Of a stretch of DNA of 64,000 nt, positions 38,873-49,095 are shown in pieces. The notes below the pieces were generated by a model, which worked only from the letters and a program-made list of their open reading frames with translations, was not told the origin of the DNA and made no database searches. Origin of the DNA: Alphaproteobacteria bacterium (GTDB lineage Bacteria; Pseudomonadota; Alphaproteobacteria; UBA7985); assembly GCA_965661545.1 (NCBI GenBank), contig CBFIEF010000013.1, positions 1,393 to 65,392 on the forward strand, given 5' to 3'. Positions within the stretch are counted from its first letter, which is position 1; every line of letters begins with the position of its first letter. Both the position numbers and the translations under genes were made by a program.

Positions 38873-38879
38873 AACGCCG

Positions 38880-39473
38880 CTATTCCGCTGGACAAGGCGC
38901 GCCCAAAGCGTCCCATTGCAGAATGAAGCCAACCAATTCCGCCGCTGAATAGGGCGCAGACTCGCGCCCCGGTCCGGGGTTCCAGCCCCACAGCACCAGC
39001 GCGTCATGCCCAACGTGATCTGCCACGTCGTCGAGGGTTCGCTGGCCGTTCATCGCCGGGTTCTTGATCTGCTCGCAAATCTCCCGCGAGCTGCGCCCTG
39101 CCCACTGCATCTCGACCGGCGGCAAAGCCCAGTGCGGCGCGCCGGGTGGGCCGTGCGGGGTATCGACGTTTTGCGTGCGGTGACAGGTGGCGCAGGGCAA
39201 GGTTTCGGACCCATCTCGGCTTGCGCCGCCGTGAATGTTCATGCCGTGCGCCCGCGCACCATCACTGCCGTAATGCGCGCCAGACCACAGCGGGATATTA
39301 TCGTCGCCAACGTGACAATTACTGCACCGAGGGTGGGCAAAGACTTCGTGAATTTGCGCCCACAGCGCCAAGCCCGCATCGTCGGCCAAACCCGCGCTCT
39401 GCGCTGCTGCTGGACCGTGTTGCAGGACGATAAGGCTTAGACCTGTCAGCAGGCCAAGAATCATGCGTTTCAT
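38880..39473 (-). CDS. Dihaem c-type cytochrome subunit of the Mo-hydroxylase complex
   Basis: Signal peptide; two CxxCH motifs (CSNCH, CATCH). Confidence 0.7.
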   Translation of the reverse strand: MKRMILGLLTGLSLIVLQHGPAAAQSAGLADDAGLALWAQIHEVFAHPRCSNCHVGDDNIPLWSGAHYGSDGARAHGMNIHGGASRDGSETLPCATCHRTQNVDTPHGPPGAPHWALPPVEMQWAGRSSREICEQIKNPAMNGQRTLDDVADHVGHDALVLWGWNPGPGRESAPYSAAELVGFILQWDALGAPCPAE

Positions 39474-39493
39474 GGTGTTTGCTCCGGTCCTGC

Positions 39494-41734
39494 TTACACA
39501 AACGAGATGTGTTTGTTCATGGGAAGCTCGCGGACGCGAACGCCGCTGGCCGCGAAAATCGCGTTGGCGAGCGCGGGCGGAGCCGCGGGCACGGGCGGCT
39601 CACCCACGCCGCGCACGTCCGATCCATTATCCACCGCTTGAACGATGATTTCTGGCGTTTGATAGAGCCGCATCGCTTCGTGCTGATGATAATTCGTCTG
39701 CTGCGCCATGCCGTCAGCGTAGGTAATCTCGCTGTTCATCGCGTGCCCAAGGCCCCAGATGACGCCGCCCTGAACCAGATTTTCGAAGTTCAGCGGATCC
39801 AACACCGGGCCCACATCCAGCGTGGTGAAAACGCGGTCAATGCGGATGCCTGCGTCGGTGTTTGTTACCTCCACAACCATCGCAACCGGCACACCAAAAC
39901 TCTCAACAAAGGCAACCCCGCGCCCTTGGTTCGGTCCCATGGCGCTGCCCCAGTTGCTCAGCACGTCCACAGCCTCCAACACACGCCGATACGGTCCATA
40001 GTCCATCAGCGCCAAACGCCCCTCCAGCGGGTCTTGCCCGGCTTGGATCAGCAATTCGTCCATTGAGCAATCCGCGAAAAAGCCGGATGTCGCCGCGCCG
40101 ACCGCGCGCCAAGAACTGGTCGGCGCAAGCTCTGGCACCCGATAACCCCGCACGCGGAAGTTTTCCAGCGCGTAAGGCTGGCTCCACGCCCCCGAAACAA
40201 TCTCCGGATCGGGCCCGGGCACGCTCAAGCCCAGCCGTCCGGCTTGCGAGCTGACCGCCGAGACTGAAGCAATCGCCAGATCCAAGCTGCGCACCTGCCC
40301 GCCCTCAACCACGCCCCGCGTCCGCGCCATGGTGATTTGGCGAGGGTAGTCGTGGGCGAAGTCTTCCTCGCGGGAGAACGTCATTTTGATCGGAACGCCC
40401 TTCATCTGCTGCGCAATTTCAGCGGCCAGCTTGACGAATTCAAACTCCAACCGATGCCCAAAACTACCGCCAATGAATTGGTTGTAGAACGTGATTTGAT
40501 CCGCCTGCATACCCAGCACAGTAGCGACTTGTTGCAGCAAGAACGTCGGCAGCTGATGCCCGGTCCAAATCGTTGCGCCGTCATCAGTCACCTGCACGAT
40601 CGCATTGAGCGGCTCCAGCGGCTGATGCGCGGCATATCCTGCGCGATACTCGATTTCCGTCGTGGGCCCCGCCAAATTGGCAGCGTCGGCGTCGCCAACG
40701 CTGAAGTATTGATTGTCAAAACGCTCTTCGGTGAACGAGTTTCCGACCTCTTTCCAATGGTCTGCCTGCTCGGCGGGATAGGGCGCAGGCCCCCACTCGA
40801 ACTCAATGGCATCCAAGGCACGAAACGCCCGCCACGTGTTGTCAGCAATCACCGCAACACCGCCGGTCACCGGCACCACGCGCTCAACCCCGCGCATAGC
40901 CTCAGCCTTGGACGCGTCAAAACCGATCAAGTCGCCAAACTGCCGTGGATTGGTACGAACGGCGGCGTGTTTCATGCCTTCAACGGCAACATCGATGCCG
41001 TAGGTTAGCGTTCCCGTCGATTTAGCCGGAACATCCAGCCGCATCATGTCGGTTCCCAGCAACTTCCACGCGCTCGGATCGCGCAGCGCCACCTCGCCCA
41101 CAGGCGGAATATCCGCCGCAGCCTCAGCCAGCGCGGTGTAGGGTATTTCTCGGCCATCGGGCAGGATTACGTGGCTGTTCGCTGTGCTCAGATCCGCCAC
41201 AGCAACACCGTAGACCCCTGCCGCAGCGCGTTTCAGCGTTTCTCGCGCCGATGCTCCGGCTGCGCGCAGCTTAACGAAGCTGTCGGGCATGCTCGACGAG
41301 CCTCCGGTTCCCATCGCGCCCAGCATCTTGAACGCTGAGGTCATGATCCCGCGCATGATGGTTGGCAGCGTTCCCTGATCCCGGCTCAAGAATGGTGCGG
41401 CGGCCCCGCCCAAAGCGGTGTTCCAGTACGCTGGCGCAGGCATGCCGAACGACACGTCAAAACTGCCCCACTCAAGGTCCATTTCTTCGGCGATCAGCGC
41501 AGCCTGAGTCGAAAACACGCCCTGCCCTTTTTCCGCATGCGGCGCGATCAGCGTGATCCCAGCGGACGTGACCGTTACCCACGGGTTAAAGGTCGCTTCG
41601 CCCTCGTCGACGGCTTGAATAAGCGGGTTTCGGTGCGGATTTCTCACCGCCCAAACCCCAAAAGCAACGCCGCCCGTTACCGCAGCCGACGCCAGCAAAA
41701 AGCCGCGCCGGGCAATCTTTCCCGCAGCTGACAT
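39494..41734 (-). CDS. Molybdopterin-dependent hydroxylase large subunit (IorB / aldehyde oxidase beta-like), Tat-exported
   Basis: RRGFLL twin-arginine signal; xanthine dehydrogenase-family Mo-binding domains. Confidence 0.8.
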   Translation of the reverse strand: MSAAGKIARRGFLLASAAVTGGVAFGVWAVRNPHRNPLIQAVDEGEATFNPWVTVTSAGITLIAPHAEKGQGVFSTQAALIAEEMDLEWGSFDVSFGMPAPAYWNTALGGAAAPFLSRDQGTLPTIMRGIMTSAFKMLGAMGTGGSSSMPDSFVKLRAAGASARETLKRAAAGVYGVAVADLSTANSHVILPDGREIPYTALAEAAADIPPVGEVALRDPSAWKLLGTDMMRLDVPAKSTGTLTYGIDVAVEGMKHAAVRTNPRQFGDLIGFDASKAEAMRGVERVVPVTGGVAVIADNTWRAFRALDAIEFEWGPAPYPAEQADHWKEVGNSFTEERFDNQYFSVGDADAANLAGPTTEIEYRAGYAAHQPLEPLNAIVQVTDDGATIWTGHQLPTFLLQQVATVLGMQADQITFYNQFIGGSFGHRLEFEFVKLAAEIAQQMKGVPIKMTFSREEDFAHDYPRQITMARTRGVVEGGQVRSLDLAIASVSAVSSQAGRLGLSVPGPDPEIVSGAWSQPYALENFRVRGYRVPELAPTSSWRAVGAATSGFFADCSMDELLIQAGQDPLEGRLALMDYGPYRRVLEAVDVLSNWGSAMGPNQGRGVAFVESFGVPVAMVVEVTNTDAGIRIDRVFTTLDVGPVLDPLNFENLVQGGVIWGLGHAMNSEITYADGMAQQTNYHQHEAMRLYQTPEIIVQAVDNGSDVRGVGEPPVPAAPPALANAIFAASGVRVRELPMNKHISFV

Positions 41735-41737
41735 CGA

Positions 41738-42196
41738 CTACGCCCCCCGCACTTTGGCCGCTGCCGTCTTCACCGCTGCCCGAATCCGGGGATAGGTGCC
41801 ACAGCGGCATAAATTGGCTGAAAGCGCTTGGTCGATTTGCTCGTCGCTTGGATTTGGAATGCGGTTGATCAGGTCAGCAGCGGACATGATTTGCCCGGCC
41901 TGACAATAGCCACACTGCGCCACTTGATGCTCGATCCATGCTTCTTGGACCGCATGCAGGTTATCCGGCGTTCCCAGGCCTTCGATTGTCTTGACCGCGC
42001 CGTCCAGCTCGCCGATTTGTACAGCGCAGGAGCGGACTGCTTTGCCGCCCACATTGACCGTGCAGGCCCCACATTGCGCAATGCCACAGCCATACTTTGG
42101 CCCCGTGATGCCCAGCTCGTCCCGCAACACCCACAACAGCGGCATTTCCGGTTCGACATCGACCTCATAGGTCTGCTCATTTACGATCAATCGCAT
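41738..42196 (-). CDS. (2Fe-2S)-binding small subunit (IorA-like)
   Basis: CGxxxCGAC and CGYCxxG 2Fe-2S motifs. Confidence 0.85.
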   Translation of the reverse strand: MRLIVNEQTYEVDVEPEMPLLWVLRDELGITGPKYGCGIAQCGACTVNVGGKAVRSCAVQIGELDGAVKTIEGLGTPDNLHAVQEAWIEHQVAQCGYCQAGQIMSAADLINRIPNPSDEQIDQALSANLCRCGTYPRIRAAVKTAAAKVRGA

Positions 42197-42251
42197 CTTT
42201 CCATCCCCAGAAAAAGCCGCCGTACGCAGGCGCGCTCGATGGCGCCACCTA

Positions 42252-42310
42252 TGTAAACGCTTGTTTACACATACCTATAATCGGTTCTTTCTGATTTCAC
42301 TATACTGAAA
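42252..42310. promoter_or_regulatory. Two palindromes in the iorA promoter, probable operator(s) for the adjacent TetR regulator
   Basis: TGTAAACgcttGTTTACA (42252-42269) overlapping a -35-like position before TATAAT; TTTCActatacTGAAA (42295-42310). Confidence 0.4.
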
Positions 42311-42323
42311 TGAAAATTTCTTC

Positions 42324-42953
42324 TCACGCATCGACAATGGCCTGTAACGCTTGTCCCAGGATGTCTTCAAAGTCAGATAAGCCATCGGGGTCGTGGGGCA
42401 ACTTGACGACGCGCTCGATCACGTCAACGCCCAGGATTACAGACAGGATCAAGCGCGATTTCATCCGCGCCCGCGTCGTTGAGCCATAATGCAGCGCAAA
42501 CGGCTCAATCAACCGGCACTCGACTGAGCGATGCACCATCTCCCCCACCGACTTACTTTGGGCTGAGCGCAGTAAAATCAGAAACGGGTCAACATCGGGC
42601 TCTGTCCCCACTTTCTTGACCATCACAGCGGCCAGAACACGGCCCCATGTTGCCTGCTCCCGCCCCAGTAGATCACCAGCATCGCCCTGCGCCTCAAGCA
42701 CTGCCTCGAACAGGCCTTGCTTACTGCCAAAATAACGGTTCACCAGCGCCGGGTTCACCGATGCGGCCTGCGCAATATCCCGCACGCCCACGTCATCAAA
42801 GCCCGCTGCCGTGAAGGCACGCTCGGCATGGTGCAGCAGCACCGATTTGGTGTCTTCTGCGCTATAGCGGCGTTTGAGTTTGGTCGTTGGTTGGCCCACA
42901 GGCTCCCACTGGCTGTACTGTGTTTGTGTGGAGTGCAGTCCTGACACTTTCAC
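42324..42953 (-). CDS. TetR-family transcriptional regulator
   Basis: TetR HTH …VGVRDIAQAASVNPALVNRYFGSKQGLF…; start codon uncertain (GTG). Confidence 0.75.
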   Translation of the reverse strand: MKVSGLHSTQTQYSQWEPVGQPTTKLKRRYSAEDTKSVLLHHAERAFTAAGFDDVGVRDIAQAASVNPALVNRYFGSKQGLFEAVLEAQGDAGDLLGREQATWGRVLAAVMVKKVGTEPDVDPFLILLRSAQSKSVGEMVHRSVECRLIEPFALHYGSTTRARMKSRLILSVILGVDVIERVVKLPHDPDGLSDFEDILGQALQAIVDA

Positions 42954-42968
42954 AAAATCACTGCAAGG

Positions 42969-43916
42969 CTAGCCGTTGGCCTGCGTCGCCCGGTCCCGCT
43001 GTGCGGTCACACGCTCGCGCCAGATGATGAAGAGACCCGAGCTGACAATAATCGCAATCCCAACCCACTTGAGCGCGTTGGGTACGTAGTCCCAGATCAT
43101 CCACCCCAGAATGACGCCTGTGACAATCTCCAGATACTGGATTGGCGCCAGTATAGACGCCGGCGCCCGCTTAAACGCTTGAACCAATATCAGGTGGTTC
43201 ACGGTTGCGATCAGCCCAAACACAGCCAGCATGAGCCACAGCACCGACGACGGCGGCGGCGTAATCTGGAGCACGCGCACGTCCAGCGGGTCAAAAATCA
43301 GCAACGCAGCGCCGAGGAAGATCGCACCGGAAACGCCCGTATAAGCCTGCATCAGCATCGGCTCCTCGTCCTGGCTCAATTGCCGGGTGAGGATCAGGTA
43401 AAACGCGAACAAGAACGCCACGCCCAGCGGCAAGAACGCCACCCAACCCAGCTCGTCAAAACTCGGCTGAATAACAAACAGCGCGCCAATAAAGCCAACC
43501 GCGCATGCCGCATAGCGCCGCCAGCCCACATTCTCGCGCAGGATCAACCCGCTCAGCAGCGTCAGGAACATCGGCTCAACAAAGAAAATCGCCATAGCGT
43601 CGGCGACGTGCATGCTTTCCAGTGCGAGGACAAACAGCACCGTAACCATCGCCATCAACACCCCGCGCAAGGCGTGCAGGTGGGCCTTGCTCTTGGGCCA
43701 CAGCCGCCGCGGACCAAAGCGCCAAATCACCAGCGGCACCAGCACCAGCGATTGCACCGCAAAGCGCGCAAAGGCGATCGTGCCGCTCGATACGTGATCG
43801 GTGGCGAGCTTAGCAATCGTGTCCTGAAACGGGGCAATCAGCGAGAACGCCACCATCAGCAAAGCGCCGATCATGATGTCTCCGCCGACCAGCGAGGCTT
43901 GGTTCTTGGCGGTCAT
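42969..43916 (-). CDS. DMT superfamily (EamA) transporter
   Basis: Ten predicted TM helices, two EamA repeats. Confidence 0.75.
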   Translation of the reverse strand: MTAKNQASLVGGDIMIGALLMVAFSLIAPFQDTIAKLATDHVSSGTIAFARFAVQSLVLVPLVIWRFGPRRLWPKSKAHLHALRGVLMAMVTVLFVLALESMHVADAMAIFFVEPMFLTLLSGLILRENVGWRRYAACAVGFIGALFVIQPSFDELGWVAFLPLGVAFLFAFYLILTRQLSQDEEPMLMQAYTGVSGAIFLGAALLIFDPLDVRVLQITPPPSSVLWLMLAVFGLIATVNHLILVQAFKRAPASILAPIQYLEIVTGVILGWMIWDYVPNALKWVGIAIIVSSGLFIIWRERVTAQRDRATQANG

Positions 43917-44015
43917 TCAGCGCTGATGAACCATCGCCGATGCGCCGTCCAGTGCATTTCCGTCACGGCGCCCGTCGTCTTTCGACCAAAGCAGGCTCAC
44001 TGAGACAAACAAAAC

Positions 44016-44045
44016 GGGCTGCAAGCACCCTTGCAGCCCGAATCA
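44016..44045 (-). terminator. Terminator for the minus-strand small gene
   Basis: On the minus strand, GGGCTGCAAGggtgCTTGCAGCCC followed by GTTTTGTTTGT. Confidence 0.55.
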
Positions 44046-44098
44046 TAGCGCGAAAACACGCGATCTTAGCCCAAAAGGTTTTGGGCAACGCGGGGCTT

Positions 44099-44413
44099 TT
44101 ACGGTCTTAAAGCTCGGCGCTCACACCTGTTGAGGCGTCTGGATACGCGCTCAATCTTGCGGGTCGCACGACGGTGCTTGGCTTCCAACTCTGCTGTTTC
44201 CACCAAGCTCAGGCCTGGCTGCAAAAGCTGGTTCCAAAGACCCCAGCGAAGATTACCCAAGCTGCCAAGCTTTACCTGCAATTCACCGCAGGCCGCTTGG
44301 ACCTTACACTCAGCTGTTTCAGCGTTGGCCTCTCCGCAATTCAGCGGTGGCGCTGGCGAGAAAGCTTGTGCTGGAGCCGCAAAGGCGCAAAGAGCGACGG
44401 CAGAAACGGTCAT
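44099..44413 (-). CDS. Possible small Cys-containing secreted protein
   Basis: Signal-peptide-like N-terminus (…CAFAAPAQA); terminator downstream; no recognisable family; the C-terminal half looks compositionally odd. Confidence 0.3.
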   Translation of the reverse strand: MTVSAVALCAFAAPAQAFSPAPPLNCGEANAETAECKVQAACGELQVKLGSLGNLRWGLWNQLLQPGLSLVETAELEAKHRRATRKIERVSRRLNRCERRALRP

Positions 44414-44664
44414 GAATGTTAAAAAAAAATATTCCTTTGTAAAGACAGCGACAGGTCAACAGCCTGCCTAATATCCCCGTAATGAGCGCATCTTTAGAAC
44501 CCTTTTTATTCTTTTTTAAGTCTTTTCTTAATTATACGAAGCCCTATAAAAAGGCATATAAAATAAGATATCGCGCCCAATGCCACCCAACCGGCATGCG
44601 AAGAAGTGCGGCGGGCTGACGGTTTTGGGTTCAAGGTTTGGGCGGCAGCGCTTATACCGGCACC

Positions 44665-45147
44665 ATGATTCGAATTCTTGTTGATGCTGATGCTTGTCCG
44701 GTAAAGGACGAGATCTATAAAATCGCCGATCGGCACCGTCTGCCGGTAACGCTGGTGTCCAACAGCTACTTTCGCTTTCCCCGTGGGGGGTTGATCGAGC
44801 TGCAGGTGGTCAGCGATGGCTTTGACGCTGCTGACGACTGGATCGCTGAAAATGCGACGCCAGCGAGCGTGGTAATTACCGCCGATATCCTGCTCGCCCA
44901 ACGCTGCTTGGACGTTGGTGCGACGGTTTTATCCAACACCGGCAAGCCCTTTACCGACGCCAGCATCGGCAACGCCGTTGCCACGCGCGGGATCATGGCG
45001 GATCTCAGATCATCTGTGGGGTCAAAAAGCGATGGGCCGAGTTCTGGCGGTGGGCATGTGGGCGGGCCAGCGCCGTTTTCCAAGGCGGACCGCTCGCGGT
45101 TCTTGCAAGCACTTCACGAAGCGATTGAGCGCCTGAAACGGGGTTAG
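44665..45147 (+). CDS. YaiI/UPF0178 (DUF188) family protein
   Basis: [12 protein letters not shown]… hallmark N-terminus. Confidence 0.7.
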   Translation: MIRILVDADACPVKDEIYKIADRHRLPVTLVSNSYFRFPRGGLIELQVVSDGFDAADDWIAENATPASVVITADILLAQRCLDVGATVLSNTGKPFTDASIGNAVATRGIMADLRSSVGSKSDGPSSGGGHVGGPAPFSKADRSRFLQALHEAIERLKRG

Positions 45148-46016
45148 GACAGGCCGTGGGTGCAGTCGTAACCGTTTCGCGGCGGTGACTGCCAGTTTGC
45201 CCGTGCCAACGCGTCATTGGTGGGCTGGTAAACCTCGACCTTAAGCGGGTGGCACGCCGCGACATCCGAAGAATGCTCCGCCGAACAATCCCCGCCCGGA
45301 CATGCCGAAAGCGCGCCCAGCAGGTCAATTTCCGCGAAAAACTCAATGTAGTCACCCGGTCGGACGGGACTGGATTTCATGAAATATTGCTGCGTATCAC
45401 GGGTGAAGCCTGTGCACATAAATACATTCAGCACGTCGTGAACATCGGCCTCAACCTCATGAATGGGCCGCCCGGTTTTGGCCGCCAAGGTACGACTGAG
45501 GTTTGAGTGGCAGCAATTGTGATACTGCGCCCCACTCAGCGTGTTTGCCGTATACGGATCGCAGCGGGTGCCAATGACATCGTGAACGGACCCGCCAAAA
45601 GCATCAAAACCGTACCAATCCAGCGTATCCGCCGTGATCGTTGCCATCGGACGCATATGCGGAAAACTGGTCCACATGCGGTCGCCGGTCGACAGGTGCG
45701 TGCCGTGCAGCGCGCGGGTTTTGCCGGTGTAGAAGCGCTCGGACAGATCGTTGGCGTTCCACAGGTTCAAATCACCCACTTGCGGACCATCAACCGAGTA
45801 AATCCGGAAGAAATGCCCGGCTGGAACCTCGAACGTCACCGCATCCCGCGCCGGGGCTGTCGCCTCGTCGATCTTGGTCATCCCCTCTCGCGCCGCGCGA
45901 TACAGCGGCATGGGAGCCGGGGGCAAGGTGTCCACGGGATAGCAAATGACAGGCTCAACGCTCAACCGCTGATCGGCGTCAGAAGGCCGGGCAAATTCGG
46001 GGTTTTTCAGCTTCAT
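45144..46016 (-). CDS. DUF1989 (urea carboxylase-associated-like) family protein
   Basis: Strong RBS AGGAGGAG before MKLKNPEF; motifs resemble DUF1989, but family assignment is from memory. Confidence 0.45.
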   Translation of the reverse strand: MKLKNPEFARPSDADQRLSVEPVICYPVDTLPPAPMPLYRAAREGMTKIDEATAPARDAVTFEVPAGHFFRIYSVDGPQVGDLNLWNANDLSERFYTGKTRALHGTHLSTGDRMWTSFPHMRPMATITADTLDWYGFDAFGGSVHDVIGTRCDPYTANTLSGAQYHNCCHSNLSRTLAAKTGRPIHEVEADVHDVLNVFMCTGFTRDTQQYFMKSSPVRPGDYIEFFAEIDLLGALSACPGGDCSAEHSSDVAACHPLKVEVYQPTNDALARANWQSPPRNGYDCTHGLS

Positions 46017-46084
46017 GATGCGGTCTCCTCCTGCGGTCCCTTTTGCCAAGAAAAAGCCCCCACTGCCAAGGGGCAATGAGGGCT

Positions 46085-46120
46085 GATTTTTTCGCCAATT
46101 TCGCGGTCAAAGCGACCGTG
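46085..46120 (-). terminator. Rho-independent terminator
   Basis: On the minus strand, GCCCCTTGGCAGTGGGGGC + TTTTTCTT. Confidence 0.6.
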
Positions 46121-46122
46121 AT

Positions 46123-46725
46123 TTACTTCGGCATCTGAGAAACAACGCCGCCAGAGATGGCTTCCTCAGGCGTGTACGCCTTCGAGTACTGAATATCCGG
46201 GAAGCGATCTTCCTTCATGTAGAAGGACCGACGGGAGAAGACCGCAACTTCAACTTCATCGTAGATCTTACCCGGCACCAAATCTTCAAGCAGGATGATG
46301 TTCTTCCGGCGTTTTGCGTAACGCTCGGAGAAATCCGTACCGGCCATTGGCTCGACTTTGAGGTTGTAGCGCGCCTCAACAAAACCACCGTTAACCGACA
46401 AGCGGGTCAGACAGGTTTTCTTGGTCCGCGTGCTTGGGCTGACTTCGCGGGATTCGATGTCGTTTTTTGCAAGCTCAGCGTCGATGCTGTCCTTGGTTGC
46501 CTGCAACTCACTGCGCGAGGAAGCCGTCACGCGCTCGTCTTTCAGACCAGCGGACAGGTTCACGTAGAACCCAGACTCATCCAAGTAGCGATCCACCAGC
46601 TCACTGCGCAGGTAGTCTTTGACGTAATCCGCCGAACACGGTCCGGAGCGTTCACGCCCGTAGTTGATAAAGCCGCCGACGCCCATGAGCACAACGATTA
46701 CGGCCCCGATGATGTATTTAAGCAT
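46123..46725 (-). CDS. Hypothetical membrane-anchored protein (single N-terminal TM), last gene of the proXWV transcription unit
   Basis: RBS AAGAGG before ATG; GC3-rich codon usage; no recognisable domain. Confidence 0.55.
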   Translation of the reverse strand: MLKYIIGAVIVVLMGVGGFINYGRERSGPCSADYVKDYLRSELVDRYLDESGFYVNLSAGLKDERVTASSRSELQATKDSIDAELAKNDIESREVSPSTRTKKTCLTRLSVNGGFVEARYNLKVEPMAGTDFSERYAKRRKNIILLEDLVPGKIYDEVEVAVFSRRSFYMKEDRFPDIQYSKAYTPEEAISGGVVSQMPK

Positions 46726-46778
46726 TTTTGCCTCTTATCTCTTTCTTTAGTCCCAGATCGCGCCTGCGCGAGGACTAA

Positions 46779-47828
46779 TTACCGATAAACATTCCCTGAC
46801 GCCGTTTCTGGCGCGGGACGTTCAATTGCATCAATGAGTGTTCGCATATCCAGCGCACCAACAGGCTTGCCGTCACGGATGACAGTCGCCGGGTTTGCCG
46901 GAGTGTCCTTCATCCGCTGCATCGCGTCTTCAAGCGCCAAGTCGTGATCGATTTCCACCGCTCCGCCTTTGCCCTTGGCGTCCATGATCGAACGCACTTT
47001 GAGGACGCGCCCCCGGTTGATGTCCATGATGAAGTCAGACACGTAATCGTCAATGGGACGAAGCACGATGTCCTGAGGATCACCCTGCTGAATCAGCCCG
47101 CCATCGCGAAGGATCGCGATGTCGTCGCCAATACGCAGCGCCTCATCAAGGTCGTGGGTAATGAAGATGATGGTCTTGTTCAGCTCTTTCTGCAGTTCGA
47201 GCAGAACATCCTGCATGTCCGTACGGATCAGTGGATCAAGCGCCGAGAAGGCCTCATCCATCAGCAGAATGTCGGCATCGGTTGCCAACGCACGGGCAAG
47301 GCCCACACGCTGCTGCATGCCGCCAGAAAGCTGGCTGGGGTAAGACTTTTCGAAGCCGGTCAGACCAACGCGGTCAATCCACTTCTGCGCCCGTTCCTTG
47401 GCTTCACCCGCACGCACACCCTGCAACCGCAGGCCGTATGCCGCATTGTCCGCAACGGTACGGTGCGGCATGAGGGCGAACTTCTGGAACACCATGCTCA
47501 TCTTTTTCTGACGCAAGCTGCGAAGCTCTTTGTCATCCATTTTGAGCACGTCCACCCCGTCCACTTCGACCACACCGGCAGTGGGGTCAATCAGACGGTT
47601 GAGGTGACGGATCAGCGTCGACTTACCCGAACCCGACAGGCCCATGATGACCTGTACGCGTTTTTCCGGGATATCGATGTTGATGTTATTGAGGCCAAGC
47701 ACGTGGTTGTGCTGGGCAAGCAACTCCGGCTTGCCCAAACCATCCAACACGTACGGCAGCGCGTCTTGTGGGTTATTACCAAAAATCTTGTAGAGATTCT
47801 TGATCGATACCTTGATGTTTCCGCTCAT
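46779..47828 (-). CDS. proV: Glycine betaine/proline ABC transporter ATPase with CBS domains
   Basis: Walker A GLSGSGKST, LSGGMQQR signature, C-terminal CBS pair. Confidence 0.85.
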   Translation of the reverse strand: MSGNIKVSIKNLYKIFGNNPQDALPYVLDGLGKPELLAQHNHVLGLNNINIDIPEKRVQVIMGLSGSGKSTLIRHLNRLIDPTAGVVEVDGVDVLKMDDKELRSLRQKKMSMVFQKFALMPHRTVADNAAYGLRLQGVRAGEAKERAQKWIDRVGLTGFEKSYPSQLSGGMQQRVGLARALATDADILLMDEAFSALDPLIRTDMQDVLLELQKELNKTIIFITHDLDEALRIGDDIAILRDGGLIQQGDPQDIVLRPIDDYVSDFIMDINRGRVLKVRSIMDAKGKGGAVEIDHDLALEDAMQRMKDTPANPATVIRDGKPVGALDMRTLIDAIERPAPETASGNVYR

Positions 47829-47830
47829 GC

Positions 47831-48982
47831 TTAGTGCCCTACCTTTCGGTGTTGCTGCATCCGCTCACCATAGAGGTGGAACGACCGGTCGATAACAATT
47901 GCGATCAACGCAACGGCGAAACCAGACTGAAGGCCCAGCGCAAGGTTCACAGTACCCTGTGCCGAAAGGACTTCCGCCCCCAGGCCCGGAGCGCCAACCA
48001 GCGCAGCGATAACCACCATCGCCAAGGCCATCATAATGGTCTGGTTGATACCCGCGAACACGTTCGGCAGTGCCAACGGAATCAGCGTACCAAACAGGCG
48101 CTGGAAGTAGGTGGCGCCAAAGGCGTGACTCGCCTCCACCACCTCGAACGGCACAAGCCTAATCCCGAGGTTGGTCAGGCGGACCACCGGCGGCATCGCG
48201 TAGATGACCACCGCGATCAAACCCGCAACGGGGCTCACACCAAAGAGAATCAGGACCGGAATCAGGTAAACGAACGATGGCATGGTCTGCATGATATCCA
48301 AGACCGGCTTAATCGCGCGATCAACCGCATCAGATGCGGACATGAAGATGCCCAGCGGGATGCCAAAGGCGACACACAGCACGATCGACAAGATCATCAG
48401 CGAGAAGGTCTGGGACGCCAGATCCATCAGGCCGAAAATACCAATGAAGAACAACGCCCCCAGCGCCAGCAGGACGACGCCAACTTTGCGGGATACCCAG
48501 AACACCAGCAGCAGAACGAGCGCAAAGAAGACAGGCCAAGGCATGAAATCAATAAAGTCGCGCAGGTCGTTCATGGAGCGACGCAAGGGCAGAATGAATT
48601 CTTTAACGGCAGTACCGTAGGAGCCTGCGAAGTAGTCAAACGGCTGGTTGATGCCGCCCAAGTTCAGCAAGGCTTTGATATGAGAAGGCAGCGAAGGAAA
48701 ATCGTTCAACGCGTTCCATGACCAGTCAAAAGTCACGAAGAAGTTGTAGATGCCTTTCAGCAGTCCAAAACCCGAGTTGACGAGAATACGCGCCGTCTTA
48801 AAGAGGATAACTGGGATATCCAAGATGGTTGGAATCAACCACTGGACAAAAGCCCAAAGTGTTAGTGGCAGGCTGATGAAGATGAACTTCCCCAAGCCGA
48901 CAACCATATTGAACAACAGTCCCGGAACAGTAAGTAAGAAGATCCAAATATCTCCAAACTCTTCGAATTTTAAGTCGCCCAT
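47831..48982 (-). CDS. proW: Glycine betaine/proline ABC transporter permease
   Basis: ProW-type N-terminal extension + BPD_transp_1 domain. Confidence 0.85.
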   Translation of the reverse strand: MGDLKFEEFGDIWIFLLTVPGLLFNMVVGLGKFIFISLPLTLWAFVQWLIPTILDIPVILFKTARILVNSGFGLLKGIYNFFVTFDWSWNALNDFPSLPSHIKALLNLGGINQPFDYFAGSYGTAVKEFILPLRRSMNDLRDFIDFMPWPVFFALVLLLVFWVSRKVGVVLLALGALFFIGIFGLMDLASQTFSLMILSIVLCVAFGIPLGIFMSASDAVDRAIKPVLDIMQTMPSFVYLIPVLILFGVSPVAGLIAVVIYAMPPVVRLTNLGIRLVPFEVVEASHAFGATYFQRLFGTLIPLALPNVFAGINQTIMMALAMVVIAALVGAPGLGAEVLSAQGTVNLALGLQSGFAVALIAIVIDRSFHLYGERMQQHRKVGH

Positions 48983-49040
48983 CCGGAATGCTCCCTTAAG
49001 TTTTCACGGTACAGATGGTCTAATTTAGGCAAAAGGAAGG

Positions 49041-49074
49041 GGCCTGTCCTGACGGAAGCAGGCCCCTTCGATTT
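49041..49074 (-). terminator. Intercistronic hairpin between proX and proW (partial terminator/attenuator)
   Basis: On the minus strand, AGGGGCCTGcttccgtcaggaCAGGCCCCT followed by TCCTTTTG. Confidence 0.45.
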
Positions 49075-49095
49075 ATTCAGCTATTGGCTTTCAGC

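Noticed and set aside
43179-44003. 274-aa His/Gln/Arg-rich ORF antisense to the EamA transporter
   Set aside because: Low-complexity shadow ORF.
44130-44471. 113-aa plus-strand ORF overlapping the small minus-strand secreted-protein candidate
   Set aside because: No signal peptide or terminator support. The minus-strand reading has a downstream terminator and a signal-peptide-like start, though it too is low confidence.
47834-48721. 295-aa ORF antisense to proW (and 46944..47834 antisense to proV)
   Set aside because: Shadow ORFs of well-supported transporter genes.
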